NCBI GenBank assembly: GCA_034408725.1
Contig: JAWXCN010000043.1
Coordinates: 1 to 29,243, forward strand
Direction of reading: 5' to 3'
DNA length: 29,243 bases
Source of the DNA: Candidatus Hydrogenedentota bacterium
GTDB lineage: Bacteria; Hydrogenedentota; Hydrogenedentia; Hydrogenedentales; SLHB01
Positions 8,888 to 17,848 of this stretch are shown piece by piece. A model generated the notes under the pieces. That model did no database searches and had not been told where the DNA came from. It worked only from the letters and a program-made list of their open reading frames with translations. Positions within the stretch are counted from its first letter, which is position 1, and every line of letters starts with the position of its first letter. The position numbers and the translations under genes are program-made.

Positions 8888-9700
8888 CTACCCCTGTTTC
8901 GCGTTCAGATTCGCGTAGGTTTCCCGGATTGCGTTCGACTTGTCCAGCGCTTCTTTGGCTTTTGCGGCGTGGCCGAGTTTTGCGTGCAGCAATGATTCGG
9001 CGTGCAACCGGATTGCAACGTCAGGATGTTCTTCGCCGAGGACTTCATCCTGGACGCGCTTTGCTGTCGCCAGCGATACCTTCGCTTCGTCGTATTTGCC
9101 TTGGTCTGTGTAGAGAATGCCGAGGTTGATCAGCACGGTTGCCATGTATGGGTGTTTGCCGCGGTTGCCGTGGAAATGCACCTTGACGGCGCGCTTCAGC
9201 AGGTTCTCCGCCTCCGCGAGATTTCCAGCGTCCGCGGCAACCAGTGCAAGGCCGTTCAGGCTGCGCCCCACTTCCACACTGTAGGGATCGTGCTCGTTGA
9301 TATCCAGCGCTTCGCGGTAGAGGCATTCCACCTTGTCCAGATTACCGGCGATATAGTGCAGGTCTGCGAGGTTGTTCAATGTCGAAGGAACGAAGCGGCT
9401 CTCTTCGCCGCATTCTTCCTTGCGCAGGCACAACGCGCTTTGGAAGCACTTTTCGGCATCCGCATATTCGGTGAGCGCCATGTGGTTCATTCCCATCGTG
9501 TCGAGGGTGAACGCTTGCCGGTACGCCGCGGACGTCTCGGTGTGCGCTTTGGCCAGCAGGGCCTGCGCGTCGCGGTACTTTCCGGCATTGTACGACTCGA
9601 CACCCTGATAGTAGTACGACACCCATAGGTGCAGCTCCGCATGAGCCGCCAATGGGCTGATCGCCAATGCCATGAGGACGAAAATGATCGGCTTCTTCAT
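8888..9700 (-). CDS. Secreted tetratricopeptide-repeat protein (kinesin-light-chain-type TPRs)
   Basis: Signal peptide ending AAHA; repeats TLNNLADLH, SLNGLA, HPYMATVLINLG, LGEEHPDVA; AGGAGG RBS. Confidence 0.88.
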   Translation of the reverse strand: MKKPIIFVLMALAISPLAAHAELHLWVSYYYQGVESYNAGKYRDAQALLAKAHTETSAAYRQAFTLDTMGMNHMALTEYADAEKCFQSALCLRKEECGEESRFVPSTLNNLADLHYIAGNLDKVECLYREALDINEHDPYSVEVGRSLNGLALVAADAGNLAEAENLLKRAVKVHFHGNRGKHPYMATVLINLGILYTDQGKYDEAKVSLATAKRVQDEVLGEEHPDVAIRLHAESLLHAKLGHAAKAKEALDKSNAIRETYANLNAKQG

Positions 9701-9748
9701 CGAAAAACCTCCTGGTGCTCCCGCACGACGGGCCTGTTCATACTACGA

Positions 9749-9777
9749 AGGATAATAGGACGGAATTGTTTTGTCAA
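9749..9777 (-). promoter_or_regulatory. Putative sigma70 promoter of the TPR gene
   Basis: TTGACA(9777-9772)-N17-TATCCT(9754-9749); the -35 overlaps the upstream gene's stop codon. Confidence 0.6.
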
Positions 9778-11582
9778 GAGTTAACTTTGCTTGCCCCCAT
9801 TTCGTCGCTATCGTCCGACACCATCAGTGGCGCCGCAAATGTCGGATCCCCGAAAAGCTCCTTCCGAATCCGGTATTCTTCCCGGTCGATCTGATCACCG
9901 ACCGCGCCAAGCTGGCGAAGGATGAATTCGGTCATCGTCAGCGCGACCTCTCCTTCGCCCGAAAACACGACGTCCGCGCCTGCTTCCTTCAGACTCGGCA
10001 CATCTTTAAGGAATGCCGTGCGCGCGATGACGCGAATTTTGGGGTTAATCTCCCGGCATTGCCGGATCATTTCTTCACGCCCGTGTACGTCGGCGGTGCT
10101 GAGGATCAGGGCCACTGCGCGAGAGACGTCTGTCTTGTCGAAGGTGGCAAAATGGGTGGCGTCGCCGCAAATCGCGTTGATGCCATCTTCCTTTAATTGG
10201 CGTACCGTGTCTATGTTCAGTTCCAGCACAATGGGCTCGACCCCGTTTTCGCGTAGCAGCCGGGTAACTGTTCTCCCGACCGGGCCATATCCCACGACGA
10301 TGGCCGCCGGCTCGTTCGAACGCGAGCGCTTGCGGCTCTGATCTTCAATACCGTCCGCCAGGTGTTTGCGGTCTCGCGGCGTGCCAAACCAAAGCCAGAA
10401 TCGGGGATGTTTCCGCGCCCAGGATTCGAGACGCCTGTTGAGGCGGTATAGAACTGGATTGATGCTGATTGAAATAATCGCGGCGGCCACGAGCGCGTTG
10501 GTCGCCGTGTCCGGCAGAATACCCAGGCTACCGCCGAGCGTGGCGAGAATAAACGAGAATTCGCCGATTTGCGCCAATGCGATCCCGATCGTGAGCGCGG
10601 AATGGACTGAGCAGCCGAGAACGGACACAATAAGAATCGCGGCAAGCGGTTTTCCAATGAGGATGATGGCCAGAGTGCCAGCAATTAGCCACGGGTTCTC
10701 GATCAAATACCGCGGGTGAAACAGCATCCCGACGGAAACGAAAAAAATGACGGCAAACGCGTCGCGCATCGGCAAGGCCTCGGACACCGCGCGGACGCTG
10801 AACTCGGACCTGCCGACAACCATGCCGGCGAGGAAGGCGCCGAGGGCCATCGATACGCCGAAAACTTTCGCGGAGCCTATGGCGATCCCGAGCGCGATAA
10901 CGAGGACTGTCAACGTGAACAATTCCCGCGAGCGCGTGGCCGCGGCGTGTTCCAGCAATTTCGGGATAACACGGCTACCGGCCGCGAGCATGATCACCAT
11001 CAGCAGAATGAGCTGTCCCACTGCCCAGGCGACCGACGTCGCGATTGCGCCCGCGCTTTGCGTCTCGCCACCGAACAATGCGGGAAGCAGCACCAGCACG
11101 AGAACAGTGAAGATGTCTTCGACCACGAGCCAACCCACTGCGATATGGCCCACGGGCGTATGCAGATCGTTGCTATCGGAAAGAACCCGGATGAGCACGA
11201 CGGTGCTCGCGACGGACACCGCCAGTCCGAATACGATGCCCGTTGACCAGCTCCATCCGAATTGAACGCACAGAAGTGCGCCAAGAGCAGTCGCCGCGAG
11301 GCTCTGGCAAATCGCTCCGGGGATCGCGACGCGCCTGGTCTTGAGCAGGTCTTCGAAATGGAATTGCAGGCCGACGCCGAACATCAGCAGGATGACGCCT
11401 ATCTCCGCGAGTTGATCGGCAAGTTCCTTATTCGCAGTGAAGCCCGGCGAACCCGGTCCGAGAGCGACGCCCGCCAGCAGGTAACCTACAATGGGTGATA
11501 GACCGGCGCGATGCGTGACGTATCCGCAAACGAGTGCCGCAGTTAGCGCTGCCGTCAATGTAATTATAAGATCGAGATGCAT
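9774..11582 (-). CDS. CPA2/Kef-type cation:proton antiporter with TrkA-N (KTN) domain, YbaL/RosB-like
   Basis: LSPIVGYLLAGV, LAEIGVILLMFGVGL, SVASTVV, GWLVVED, ALGAFLAG, LAQIGEFSFIL; C-terminal VVGYGPVG and GDAT. Confidence 0.92.
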   Translation of the reverse strand: MHLDLIITLTAALTAALVCGYVTHRAGLSPIVGYLLAGVALGPGSPGFTANKELADQLAEIGVILLMFGVGLQFHFEDLLKTRRVAIPGAICQSLAATALGALLCVQFGWSWSTGIVFGLAVSVASTVVLIRVLSDSNDLHTPVGHIAVGWLVVEDIFTVLVLVLLPALFGGETQSAGAIATSVAWAVGQLILLMVIMLAAGSRVIPKLLEHAAATRSRELFTLTVLVIALGIAIGSAKVFGVSMALGAFLAGMVVGRSEFSVRAVSEALPMRDAFAVIFFVSVGMLFHPRYLIENPWLIAGTLAIILIGKPLAAILIVSVLGCSVHSALTIGIALAQIGEFSFILATLGGSLGILPDTATNALVAAAIISISINPVLYRLNRRLESWARKHPRFWLWFGTPRDRKHLADGIEDQSRKRSRSNEPAAIVVGYGPVGRTVTRLLRENGVEPIVLELNIDTVRQLKEDGINAICGDATHFATFDKTDVSRAVALILSTADVHGREEMIRQCREINPKIRVIARTAFLKDVPSLKEAGADVVFSGEGEVALTMTEFILRQLGAVGDQIDREEYRIRKELFGDPTFAAPLMVSDDSDEMGASKVNS

Positions 11583-11702
11583 GCGCCACACTATCCACTA
11601 TTTATACGCGCGATAACAACGCTTTTTCGCGCGCGAATGTTCCAATCGCGGTGATGCCAATTCGCTTGCGCTGTTTTCCCCACGAAGCATTCGGAAAGAA
11701 GC

Positions 11703-11829
11703 GCCTTGGAGTGCGGTAGCGGTAGCTACCGCCTTGGGGAAGCAGTGAGACTTGCCCTGCGCGCGCGATAAGAAGCGCTGAAAGTCTCCGAATAGAAAGC
11801 GGCAGCTACCCGCTATCGCACTCCAAGGC
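11703..11829. repeat. REP doublet (REPIN-like)
   Basis: GCCTTGGAGTGCGGTAGCGGTAGCTACCGCCTT...AAAGCGGCAGCTACCCGCTATCGCACTCCAAGGC, inverted arms each carrying an internal hairpin. Confidence 0.85.
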
Positions 11830-11835
11830 CAAGAC

Positions 11836-13161
11836 CTATTGCGGAACCATTGTTACGGTGCCCACTGTCGGCCCTGCGGTTTGGGGTGTCCGTGTCCGAT
11901 ACCACGCCGCGAGTGCGGAAGTTTCCGGTCGCGGTGCAGGACCAGCTAATACATGACCACCGGATTCCGGTTCCGGACTAAACCCGCCATGCACGTCAAA
12001 CGCGAGGATATCGTTTGCGCTATAGCGCACCGGTACGCGCACAGCTCCGGTTGGGCTTGTTTCACCGGTATTCACAACCCAAACCTCGAACAGTCCGGGA
12101 CTCGGCGCGCGCAGTTCCGCATTGATCGCAGTAACTGGGGTGCGGCCTTCACGAACCGCTACCAAGGCGGGCCATGTCCAATTGAGCGTGTCCGTCGCGA
12201 CGGGCAGACGAAACCATGCTATTCCGCGCAACGTCGGCGGGTGCATGCGCTGCAATGCACGAACCACCTCCGCGACGGACGCGGCGTCCGTCATGACGGT
12301 GCGTATTGTGTAGCCAGGCTGCAGCTCAGGTTGCGGGCCTTCGGCGAAAATCGCCGTGAACTTCCCATCGCCGTCGAACACAAACCGATACCCATACGTG
12401 GGCAATGCTATATAGAAGGGGACATTTAACGCCGCGGCGCGCCGGAGATAACCGGGAATGAGGGTGGTATCGCAGAGTATCACGTCGTCATCAATCGAAG
12501 CGGGCGCATCGAGTGAATGCACCTGAAGCACATAGTACGAAAGTTTTCCGGCGAGCTCGGAGAATGCGGCCCATTTGAGCCAGGTGGGTAACGCCGTAAT
12601 GGACAATTCGTACGCGCCAAACCGCGCGCGCCACGCATCCACCAACGCGGCATAGGACTCCAACTTCGAGCTGGGACAATCGTAGTCCAGTTGCAATCCC
12701 GCGATGGACACACCCTTCGCCTCGGCTTCTTCAAGGACGCGGGCAAAGGTATCGCACACGAATGCCGCGGCGCCGCTTTGGGCGTCAAACTCGAGCGCGT
12801 CGCCAAGCGCAGCGTTCGCGCGGACAACCAAAGTAAGCGGCGTGCGATACGCCGCAAGCGCATTCCAGCCGGGATACGCGGGATCAAGCCGCAACGCGCC
12901 ATTTGCCGCTGCATTAATCTCGCCGGCGAGCACCATGAAAGCGTGCGCATCCGCGTCGGCGCGCGACACGGATTCGCGCACATCGCCGTTCCACTGTTTT
13001 TGCCATACGTAGTATGCGTGTTCGAGTGGCTTGGGCACGACCGCTGGCGGCGCGAGCGCCCACAATGCCGCGAAAACGCCCGCGGCAATCGCAACAGCCG
13101 CCGCATACCACAGGACATCGCGCGACTTGTTGTGCGTTGCATTCAATGTTTCGCGAGACAT
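11836..13161 (-). CDS. DUF3142-family protein (GH18-like barrel), N-terminally anchored
   Basis: AYYVWQKQW, GLQLDYDCPSSKLESY, LSITALPTW, YVLQVHS, ALPTYGY, GIAWFRLPV; TM helix near the N-terminus. Confidence 0.75.
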   Translation of the reverse strand: MSRETLNATHNKSRDVLWYAAAVAIAAGVFAALWALAPPAVVPKPLEHAYYVWQKQWNGDVRESVSRADADAHAFMVLAGEINAAANGALRLDPAYPGWNALAAYRTPLTLVVRANAALGDALEFDAQSGAAAFVCDTFARVLEEAEAKGVSIAGLQLDYDCPSSKLESYAALVDAWRARFGAYELSITALPTWLKWAAFSELAGKLSYYVLQVHSLDAPASIDDDVILCDTTLIPGYLRRAAALNVPFYIALPTYGYRFVFDGDGKFTAIFAEGPQPELQPGYTIRTVMTDAASVAEVVRALQRMHPPTLRGIAWFRLPVATDTLNWTWPALVAVREGRTPVTAINAELRAPSPGLFEVWVVNTGETSPTGAVRVPVRYSANDILAFDVHGGFSPEPESGGHVLAGPAPRPETSALAAWYRTRTPQTAGPTVGTVTMVPQ

Positions 13162-13186
13162 GATTCGGATCAGTGTATCGGATTGG

Positions 13187-14050
13187 TCAGCCGAACGCGC
13201 TTGATGCGCCAAAATAAACGAGGCCAACGGCGAAAAGTGCGGCGGCGAATACCGCAAACAGAATGATAAACTCGGCAACGGCAAGCTCATAGTATTTGTA
13301 GAGAATCACAATCGAAGCAATGACGCCGATACACGTACTGTTCAGCAGCGTCACGGCGACGGACATGAACACGGTGTTGATGAGATTGTCGGTCAACGAA
13401 TCATAGGGCAGTTTGCCGCGGAGGCGCAGCGTGAAAAACAGTGCAGCCGTCAGGGCCACGACCTGCATAATCAATGTTATCCCCAACATCGTCACCAGGC
13501 TCATGTCCGCGCCAAGCGGAACCGCGGCTGCGTCAGGGGCCGGCAATGGCGCGCCTTCCTGCCGCCCTCCAGAAAAGGCAAAGAACGCGCCAAGCAAAAC
13601 CACGAGAAGGACTGCCGCGGCGCTGCCGATGATCACCCAGTTCGGGCGGCGCGATTCCTTCCCCGCGGGCAACGGTGGCGGTGATTCGGGCTGGCCCAGC
13701 AGGTCGTCAAGCACGCCCGCATGCGCATGCTGGTGAAGTCCTTCAAGGACCATGGCGGACGCTGGCAGTGGCGTCGGGTCCGTCGCCGCGTTCCGGTGGG
13801 TGCGGATGAACTCGCGCAGTTGGACCGCGCGAAGATCGCCGCAGCGGGTAATAAGATCATCGCAGATGGAGAGCGCCTCTTCGTGGCGGCCCAAACGGCG
13901 CATGCACCGCGCCAGTGGAAACAATACGTTGGGCGTGTTCGGGAATGCTTCGTCGAGTTCGATCAACCGATCAAGCGCCTCGTCGTATCGGCCCTCGCGG
14001 TAGAGCGTGTCAGCATCGTTGAAACGAAGTTCTGCCGTTCGGGCGTCCAT
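13187..14050 (-). CDS. TPR + Pro-rich linker + multi-TM membrane protein
   Basis: N-terminal TPR (ADTLYREGRYDEAL...LGRHEEAL), PESPPPLP linker, several hydrophobic helices at the C-terminus. Confidence 0.75.
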   Translation of the reverse strand: MDARTAELRFNDADTLYREGRYDEALDRLIELDEAFPNTPNVLFPLARCMRRLGRHEEALSICDDLITRCGDLRAVQLREFIRTHRNAATDPTPLPASAMVLEGLHQHAHAGVLDDLLGQPESPPPLPAGKESRRPNWVIIGSAAAVLLVVLLGAFFAFSGGRQEGAPLPAPDAAAVPLGADMSLVTMLGITLIMQVVALTAALFFTLRLRGKLPYDSLTDNLINTVFMSVAVTLLNSTCIGVIASIVILYKYYELAVAEFIILFAVFAAALFAVGLVYFGASSAFG

Positions 14051-14142
14051 TGCACCTATCCCCCACCGCTAGGTCAGTGGGCTGGATCGAGTGTGGCGTA
14101 GCAGGGGTATGATGTCAAGCAGCATAATGACAAGGGGCGGAT

Positions 14143-14679
14143 ATGCAAGGACTTTGTGTCTATTGCGCGTCGAGCAATAATGTTGACGCAGTGTACTTCG
14201 ACGCTGCGCGCGCGCTCGGCCGCGAAATGGCGCGGCGAGGCCTGCCGCTGATCTATGGCGGAGGCAACGTAGGACTGATGGGCGCGCTGGCCACGGCGGT
14301 CCATGCAGGTGGCGGCCAAGTGATCGGCGTCATTCCTCATGCGCTGCGTGATCGCGAACTTGCATACCTGCTCGCGGACGAACTTATCATCACCCCGGGG
14401 ATGCGCGAGCGAAAAGCAGAAATGGAACGGCGCGCGCTCGGGTTCGTCGCGTTACCCGGAGGACTCGGCACGCTGGAAGAAGTTTTGGAGGTGTTGACCT
14501 CGAAACAATTGCAGTATCACGCCAAGCCCATCGTGTTTCTCAATACTGCCGGGTTCTTCGATCCGCTGTTCTCCCTGTTCGACCACATGCGCGAACACCG
14601 GTTTACGACGCACCATTCCGTTCCGCTGTACCAGATTGCAGGCGCGCCTCTCGATATATTCGCGCATCTCGATTCGTGA
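14143..14679 (+). CDS. LOG-family nucleotide phosphoribohydrolase (TIGR00730 type)
   Basis: CVYCAS, LIYGGGNVGLMG, MRERKAEM, ALPGGLGTLEE. Confidence 0.92.
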   Translation: MQGLCVYCASSNNVDAVYFDAARALGREMARRGLPLIYGGGNVGLMGALATAVHAGGGQVIGVIPHALRDRELAYLLADELIITPGMRERKAEMERRALGFVALPGGLGTLEEVLEVLTSKQLQYHAKPIVFLNTAGFFDPLFSLFDHMREHRFTTHHSVPLYQIAGAPLDIFAHLDS

Positions 14680-14695
14680 GATAAGTTTAAAATCC

Positions 14696-14866
14696 GCCTT
14701 GGAGTGCGGCAGCGGGTAGCTGCCGCTTTCCATTTCCCGATCAAGATCGCTTCGCAATTAAGCGCGATTGGCCTGGTTTCGTTCACGTGAACCAGAAGCC
14801 TGCGTATTAATTGAAGCATTCGATTATCCGAAGAGAAAGCGGCGCTGACACGCCGCACTCCAACGC
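14696..14866. repeat. REP doublet with long internal imperfect hairpin (REPIN-like)
   Basis: GCCTTGGAGTGCGGCAGCGGGTAGCTGCCGCTTTC...GAAAGCGGCGCTGACACGCCGCACTCCAA; inner pairs CAATTAA/TTAATTG and CTGGTT/AACCAG. Confidence 0.82.
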
Positions 14867-14932
14867 GATCACTATCGCCGATAATTGATCCACGCGCCCG
14901 CGCTATACTGTCGACACGCCGGGAGGAATTCC

Positions 14933-15415
14933 ATGCTTCTAGCCAAACTTGTGCGCACGCAAGGGCCGCCCGCTGTCCTGCTGGTGCGGCTGATGGTTGG
15001 CGCGGTATTTCTTTCCGAGGGCATACAGAAATTTCTGTTCGCCGAAGCGCAGGGCGCCGGCCGGTTTCACCGCATAGGCATACCCGCGGCCGATGTCATG
15101 GGACCGTTTGTAGGCGCCACGGAAATTATTTGCGGCGTGCTGGTCCTTGCCGGACTGTTCACGCGCGTAGCTGGATTCGCGCTGCTAATTATCATGTCAG
15201 TCGCGATTCTTTCCACAAAGGTTCCCATTCTGCTCGGTCACGGGTATTGGACTTTTGGCCTACCAAAAGTCTCGCACTATGGATTTTGGAGCATGGCGCA
15301 CGAAGCGCGCACCGACTTCAGCATGTTGCTGGGGTCCTTGTTTCTGAATATCGTGGGGGCGGGTGCGTGGTCGTTCGATGCCGCGCTCGCGCGACGGCTT
15401 GACACAAACGGGTAG
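14933..15415 (+). CDS. DoxX-family membrane protein
   Basis: LVRLMVGAVFLSEGIQKFL, EIICGVLVLAGLFTR, HEARTDFSML, GAGAWSFD; GGGAGG RBS. Confidence 0.9.
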   Translation: MLLAKLVRTQGPPAVLLVRLMVGAVFLSEGIQKFLFAEAQGAGRFHRIGIPAADVMGPFVGATEIICGVLVLAGLFTRVAGFALLIIMSVAILSTKVPILLGHGYWTFGLPKVSHYGFWSMAHEARTDFSMLLGSLFLNIVGAGAWSFDAALARRLDTNG

Positions 15416-15473
15416 CGCGCCAGCGATGCGCTGCGCGCGTTGATCAGGTACAATCTAAGTGGAGGCCGGGCGC

Positions 15474-16277
15474 ATGGATTCGGCAATGGCCGAATGGGTT
15501 TTGACGTTCAAAAATCTCTGTTTCCCGATTTTTTGCAAACAATGCGGTGCCCGCTTGTTGACCGAGGAAAACAGGTTTTTTTGCCCAACCTGTTGGGACC
15601 GAAGCCCTCGCATCGAGCGGCCCTTTTGTCCGTCCTGCGGGAAACCACACCCCGCAGGCGTTGGCCTTGGCACACGGTCCAATTTTTTTTGTGGGCCGTG
15701 CATCACTTCGGGTGTCTCGCGCCCGATGCGGCGGGTGCTCGCTGCCGCGCGGTATGACGAGGCAATCGAATTGGCGGTGAAACTGCTCAAGTTTTATGAT
15801 AAACCACTATTGGCGACGCCGTTGGGCGAGTTATTGCGAACGTGCGCCGCGCAGGAACTCGATTGCGCGGAGTATGATTTCGTCATCCCTGTCCCGTTGC
15901 ATCGGGTCCGGCAGCGCGCGCGCGGGTTTAACCAGGCTGAGTTGTTGGCCCGGGAAGTCCTGCCCGCATTTTCCAACGCGCGGCTGGATGCCTCCCTCGC
16001 GCGCATTCGTCCGACCCGTGTGCTGAGCCGGTTGCACACGGACACGGACCGTAAATCAAGTGTGCGCGGCGCATTTCGCGTCGCGCGCGCTCCACACCTG
16101 GTGGGCGCGCGCGTTTTACTGGTGGATGATGTGGTAACCTCGGGCGCAACAGTCTCGGAGTGCGCAACGGCATTAGTGAAATCGGGGGTCGCGACGGTAG
16201 ATGTGCTTGCCGTGGCGCTCGCCTTGCCTCGGTCGCATGACACCGTTCGCAATACTGCATTCGATGACCTGGCCTAG
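15474..16277 (+). CDS. comF: ComF-family competence protein (double zinc ribbon + phosphoribosyltransferase-like domain)
   Basis: Four CxxC motifs, LKF, PVPLH, RGFNQAELLA, VLLVDDVVTSGATVSECA; GGAGG RBS at 15461. Confidence 0.9.
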   Translation: MDSAMAEWVLTFKNLCFPIFCKQCGARLLTEENRFFCPTCWDRSPRIERPFCPSCGKPHPAGVGLGTRSNFFCGPCITSGVSRPMRRVLAAARYDEAIELAVKLLKFYDKPLLATPLGELLRTCAAQELDCAEYDFVIPVPLHRVRQRARGFNQAELLAREVLPAFSNARLDASLARIRPTRVLSRLHTDTDRKSSVRGAFRVARAPHLVGARVLLVDDVVTSGATVSECATALVKSGVATVDVLAVALALPRSHDTVRNTAFDDLA

Positions 16278-16304
16278 CCCCGGGCGAAGATAAAGGAGTT
16301 GTAC

Positions 16305-16535
16305 ATGCCCCAGCTTAAGGAATGCTTTGGCCAATGCGGGAACCTGACTATAAAATTCCGTGACCATTCCAAGCAGCACTATCTACGTGTAGACGAGGAA
16401 AAACTCAAGGAATGCGATGTATGCCCCCTGTTCTCGAAGTGCATGTTCCTTCGATACAACGAGTTGATAAAGGAGCTTCTAAAACTGGTAGACGGCAAGG
16501 CCGCTGCCGATCCCTCCGGAACCCGGCTGGGTTAA
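16305..16535 (+). CDS. Small Cys-rich hypothetical protein (76 aa)
   Basis: AAGGAG RBS 6 nt before ATG; ECFGQC...ECDVCPLFSKC; begins 27 nt after the comF stop. Confidence 0.75.
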   Translation: MPQLKECFGQCGNLTIKFRDHSKQHYLRVDEEKLKECDVCPLFSKCMFLRYNELIKELLKLVDGKAAADPSGTRLG

Positions 16536-16549
16536 ATTCCCCCACGAAT

Positions 16550-16738
16550 TTATTTGACGGAAGCGGTGAACCCCATGAAAAAGCCGGATTGACCCCGGAT
16601 TTTCTGCAGCTTCAGGTTTTCCACCCGGTACTTGCGGAGTTTTTCGGCTGCCTCTTCTTTCGTGTCGGCGACGACCGTCCCGTGCTCGACGCAGTCGTCT
16701 TTGTAGGCAATGGTGCCTTTGTAGCGATAAACGGCCAC
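16550..16738 (-). CDS. Small protein (62 aa) resembling the N-terminal segment of PilC/GspF
   Basis: AGGAG RBS, then GTG start: MAVYRYKGTIAYKDDCVEHGTVVADTKEEAAEKLRKYRVENLKLQKI...; own promoter upstream. Confidence 0.7.
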   Translation of the reverse strand: MAVYRYKGTIAYKDDCVEHGTVVADTKEEAAEKLRKYRVENLKLQKIRGQSGFFMGFTASVK

Positions 16739-16886
16739 GGTGATGGGTCTCCTGTGAAAAACTGGCATGCACAAAAACGTACTGAAACAACCACTCGATT
16801 ACTACGCAACTGCCAGCGATACACGTGCGGTCAGCCCACGCACTTGCATGATAGGGCGAATCCTTCCGCAGAATTCACACGCCTGT

Positions 16887-16916
16887 ATAGTAGCAAAAGG
16901 AATTGCCAGGCGTCAA
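16887..16916 (-). promoter_or_regulatory. Putative sigma70 promoter of the 62-aa gene
   Basis: TTGACG(16916-16911)-N18-TACTAT(16892-16887), with extended -10 TGc. Confidence 0.55.
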
Positions 16917-16974
16917 TAGATTTGAGAGGCCTATCCGGACGAAACTAGACGTGTGTCGCGTGTAACTTAACTAA

Positions 16975-17754
16975 TTACAGCAGGTTAGATGGTTTATCCG
17001 CTTCTGGCGCCACCTCGGCGGTCATAGCCTTACCGCGCACGCGGATGTTAATGACCTCGACAAATAACGAAAAGGCCATTGCGAAATAGATATACCCCTT
17101 CGGGATATGTTGTCCCAGACCGTCGGCTATCAGCATGACCCCGATCAACAACAGAAACGATAGCGCGAGCACTTTGATAGTCGGATGGCGAGTGATAAAT
17201 CCACTGACGCTTCCAGCGAATACCATCATGGCGCCAACCGCAATCATGACTGCGAGTATCATGATTGAGACCTCCTGCGCCATTCCCACCGCCGTAATCA
17301 CCGAGTCGAGCGAAAATACAATGTCGAGCAGGACAACTTGCACGAGTATTGACGCGTAGGAGACTTTACGGATGCTCTTCCCGGTATGGTCAGTTCCTTC
17401 AACACGCTCGTGCAGCTCGAACGTTGCCTTCGCGACAAGAAACAATCCTCCCAGCAGCAGAATCAAATCGCGGCCGGAAATCTCCGCGCCGAGCACGGTA
17501 AACAAGGTTTGCGTCAGTCCCATAATCCAGGTCAGGGTGAGAAGGAGGAGAATACGCATGATCATCGCTAGCGCCAGGCCAATCCGGCGAGCGCTGGCTT
17601 GCTTTGATTCATCGAGCTTCCCGGTAAGAATCGCGATGAACACAATATTGTCGATGCCCAGCACTATTTCGAGCGCGGTAAGGGTCACCAGCGCGATGAG
17701 GTTGTCGAATGTCAGCAGCGCCATTAAGTTGTCAGAGGAAAAGAATTCGGTCAC
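16975..17754 (-). CDS. TerC-family integral membrane protein
   Basis: LTALEIVLGIDNIVFI, GRDLILLLGGLFL, DIVFSLDSVITAVGM, HPTIKVLALSFLLLIG, PKGYIYFAMAFS. Confidence 0.93.
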   Translation of the reverse strand: MTEFFSSDNLMALLTFDNLIALVTLTALEIVLGIDNIVFIAILTGKLDESKQASARRIGLALAMIMRILLLLTLTWIMGLTQTLFTVLGAEISGRDLILLLGGLFLVAKATFELHERVEGTDHTGKSIRKVSYASILVQVVLLDIVFSLDSVITAVGMAQEVSIMILAVMIAVGAMMVFAGSVSGFITRHPTIKVLALSFLLLIGVMLIADGLGQHIPKGYIYFAMAFSLFVEVINIRVRGKAMTAEVAPEADKPSNLL

Positions 17755-17848
17755 CGCAAAGATCTCCCATCATGTAGAGCCATCAACAATATTTATCGCA
17801 ACCTCATTCGGGGATTGCATTTTTAGTTATTCACTAACCGGATCGAGA

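Noticed and set aside
11583-11702. c-di-AMP riboswitch before the Kef-type antiporter
   Set aside because: Hairpins are possible, but the repeated GCUGAAUCC/GGUGAAUCC consensus is absent.
17755-17848. yybP-ykoY (Mn2+) riboswitch before the TerC gene
   Set aside because: Only two small hairpins are present; the GGGGAGUAGC and GAGACC consensus blocks are not visible.
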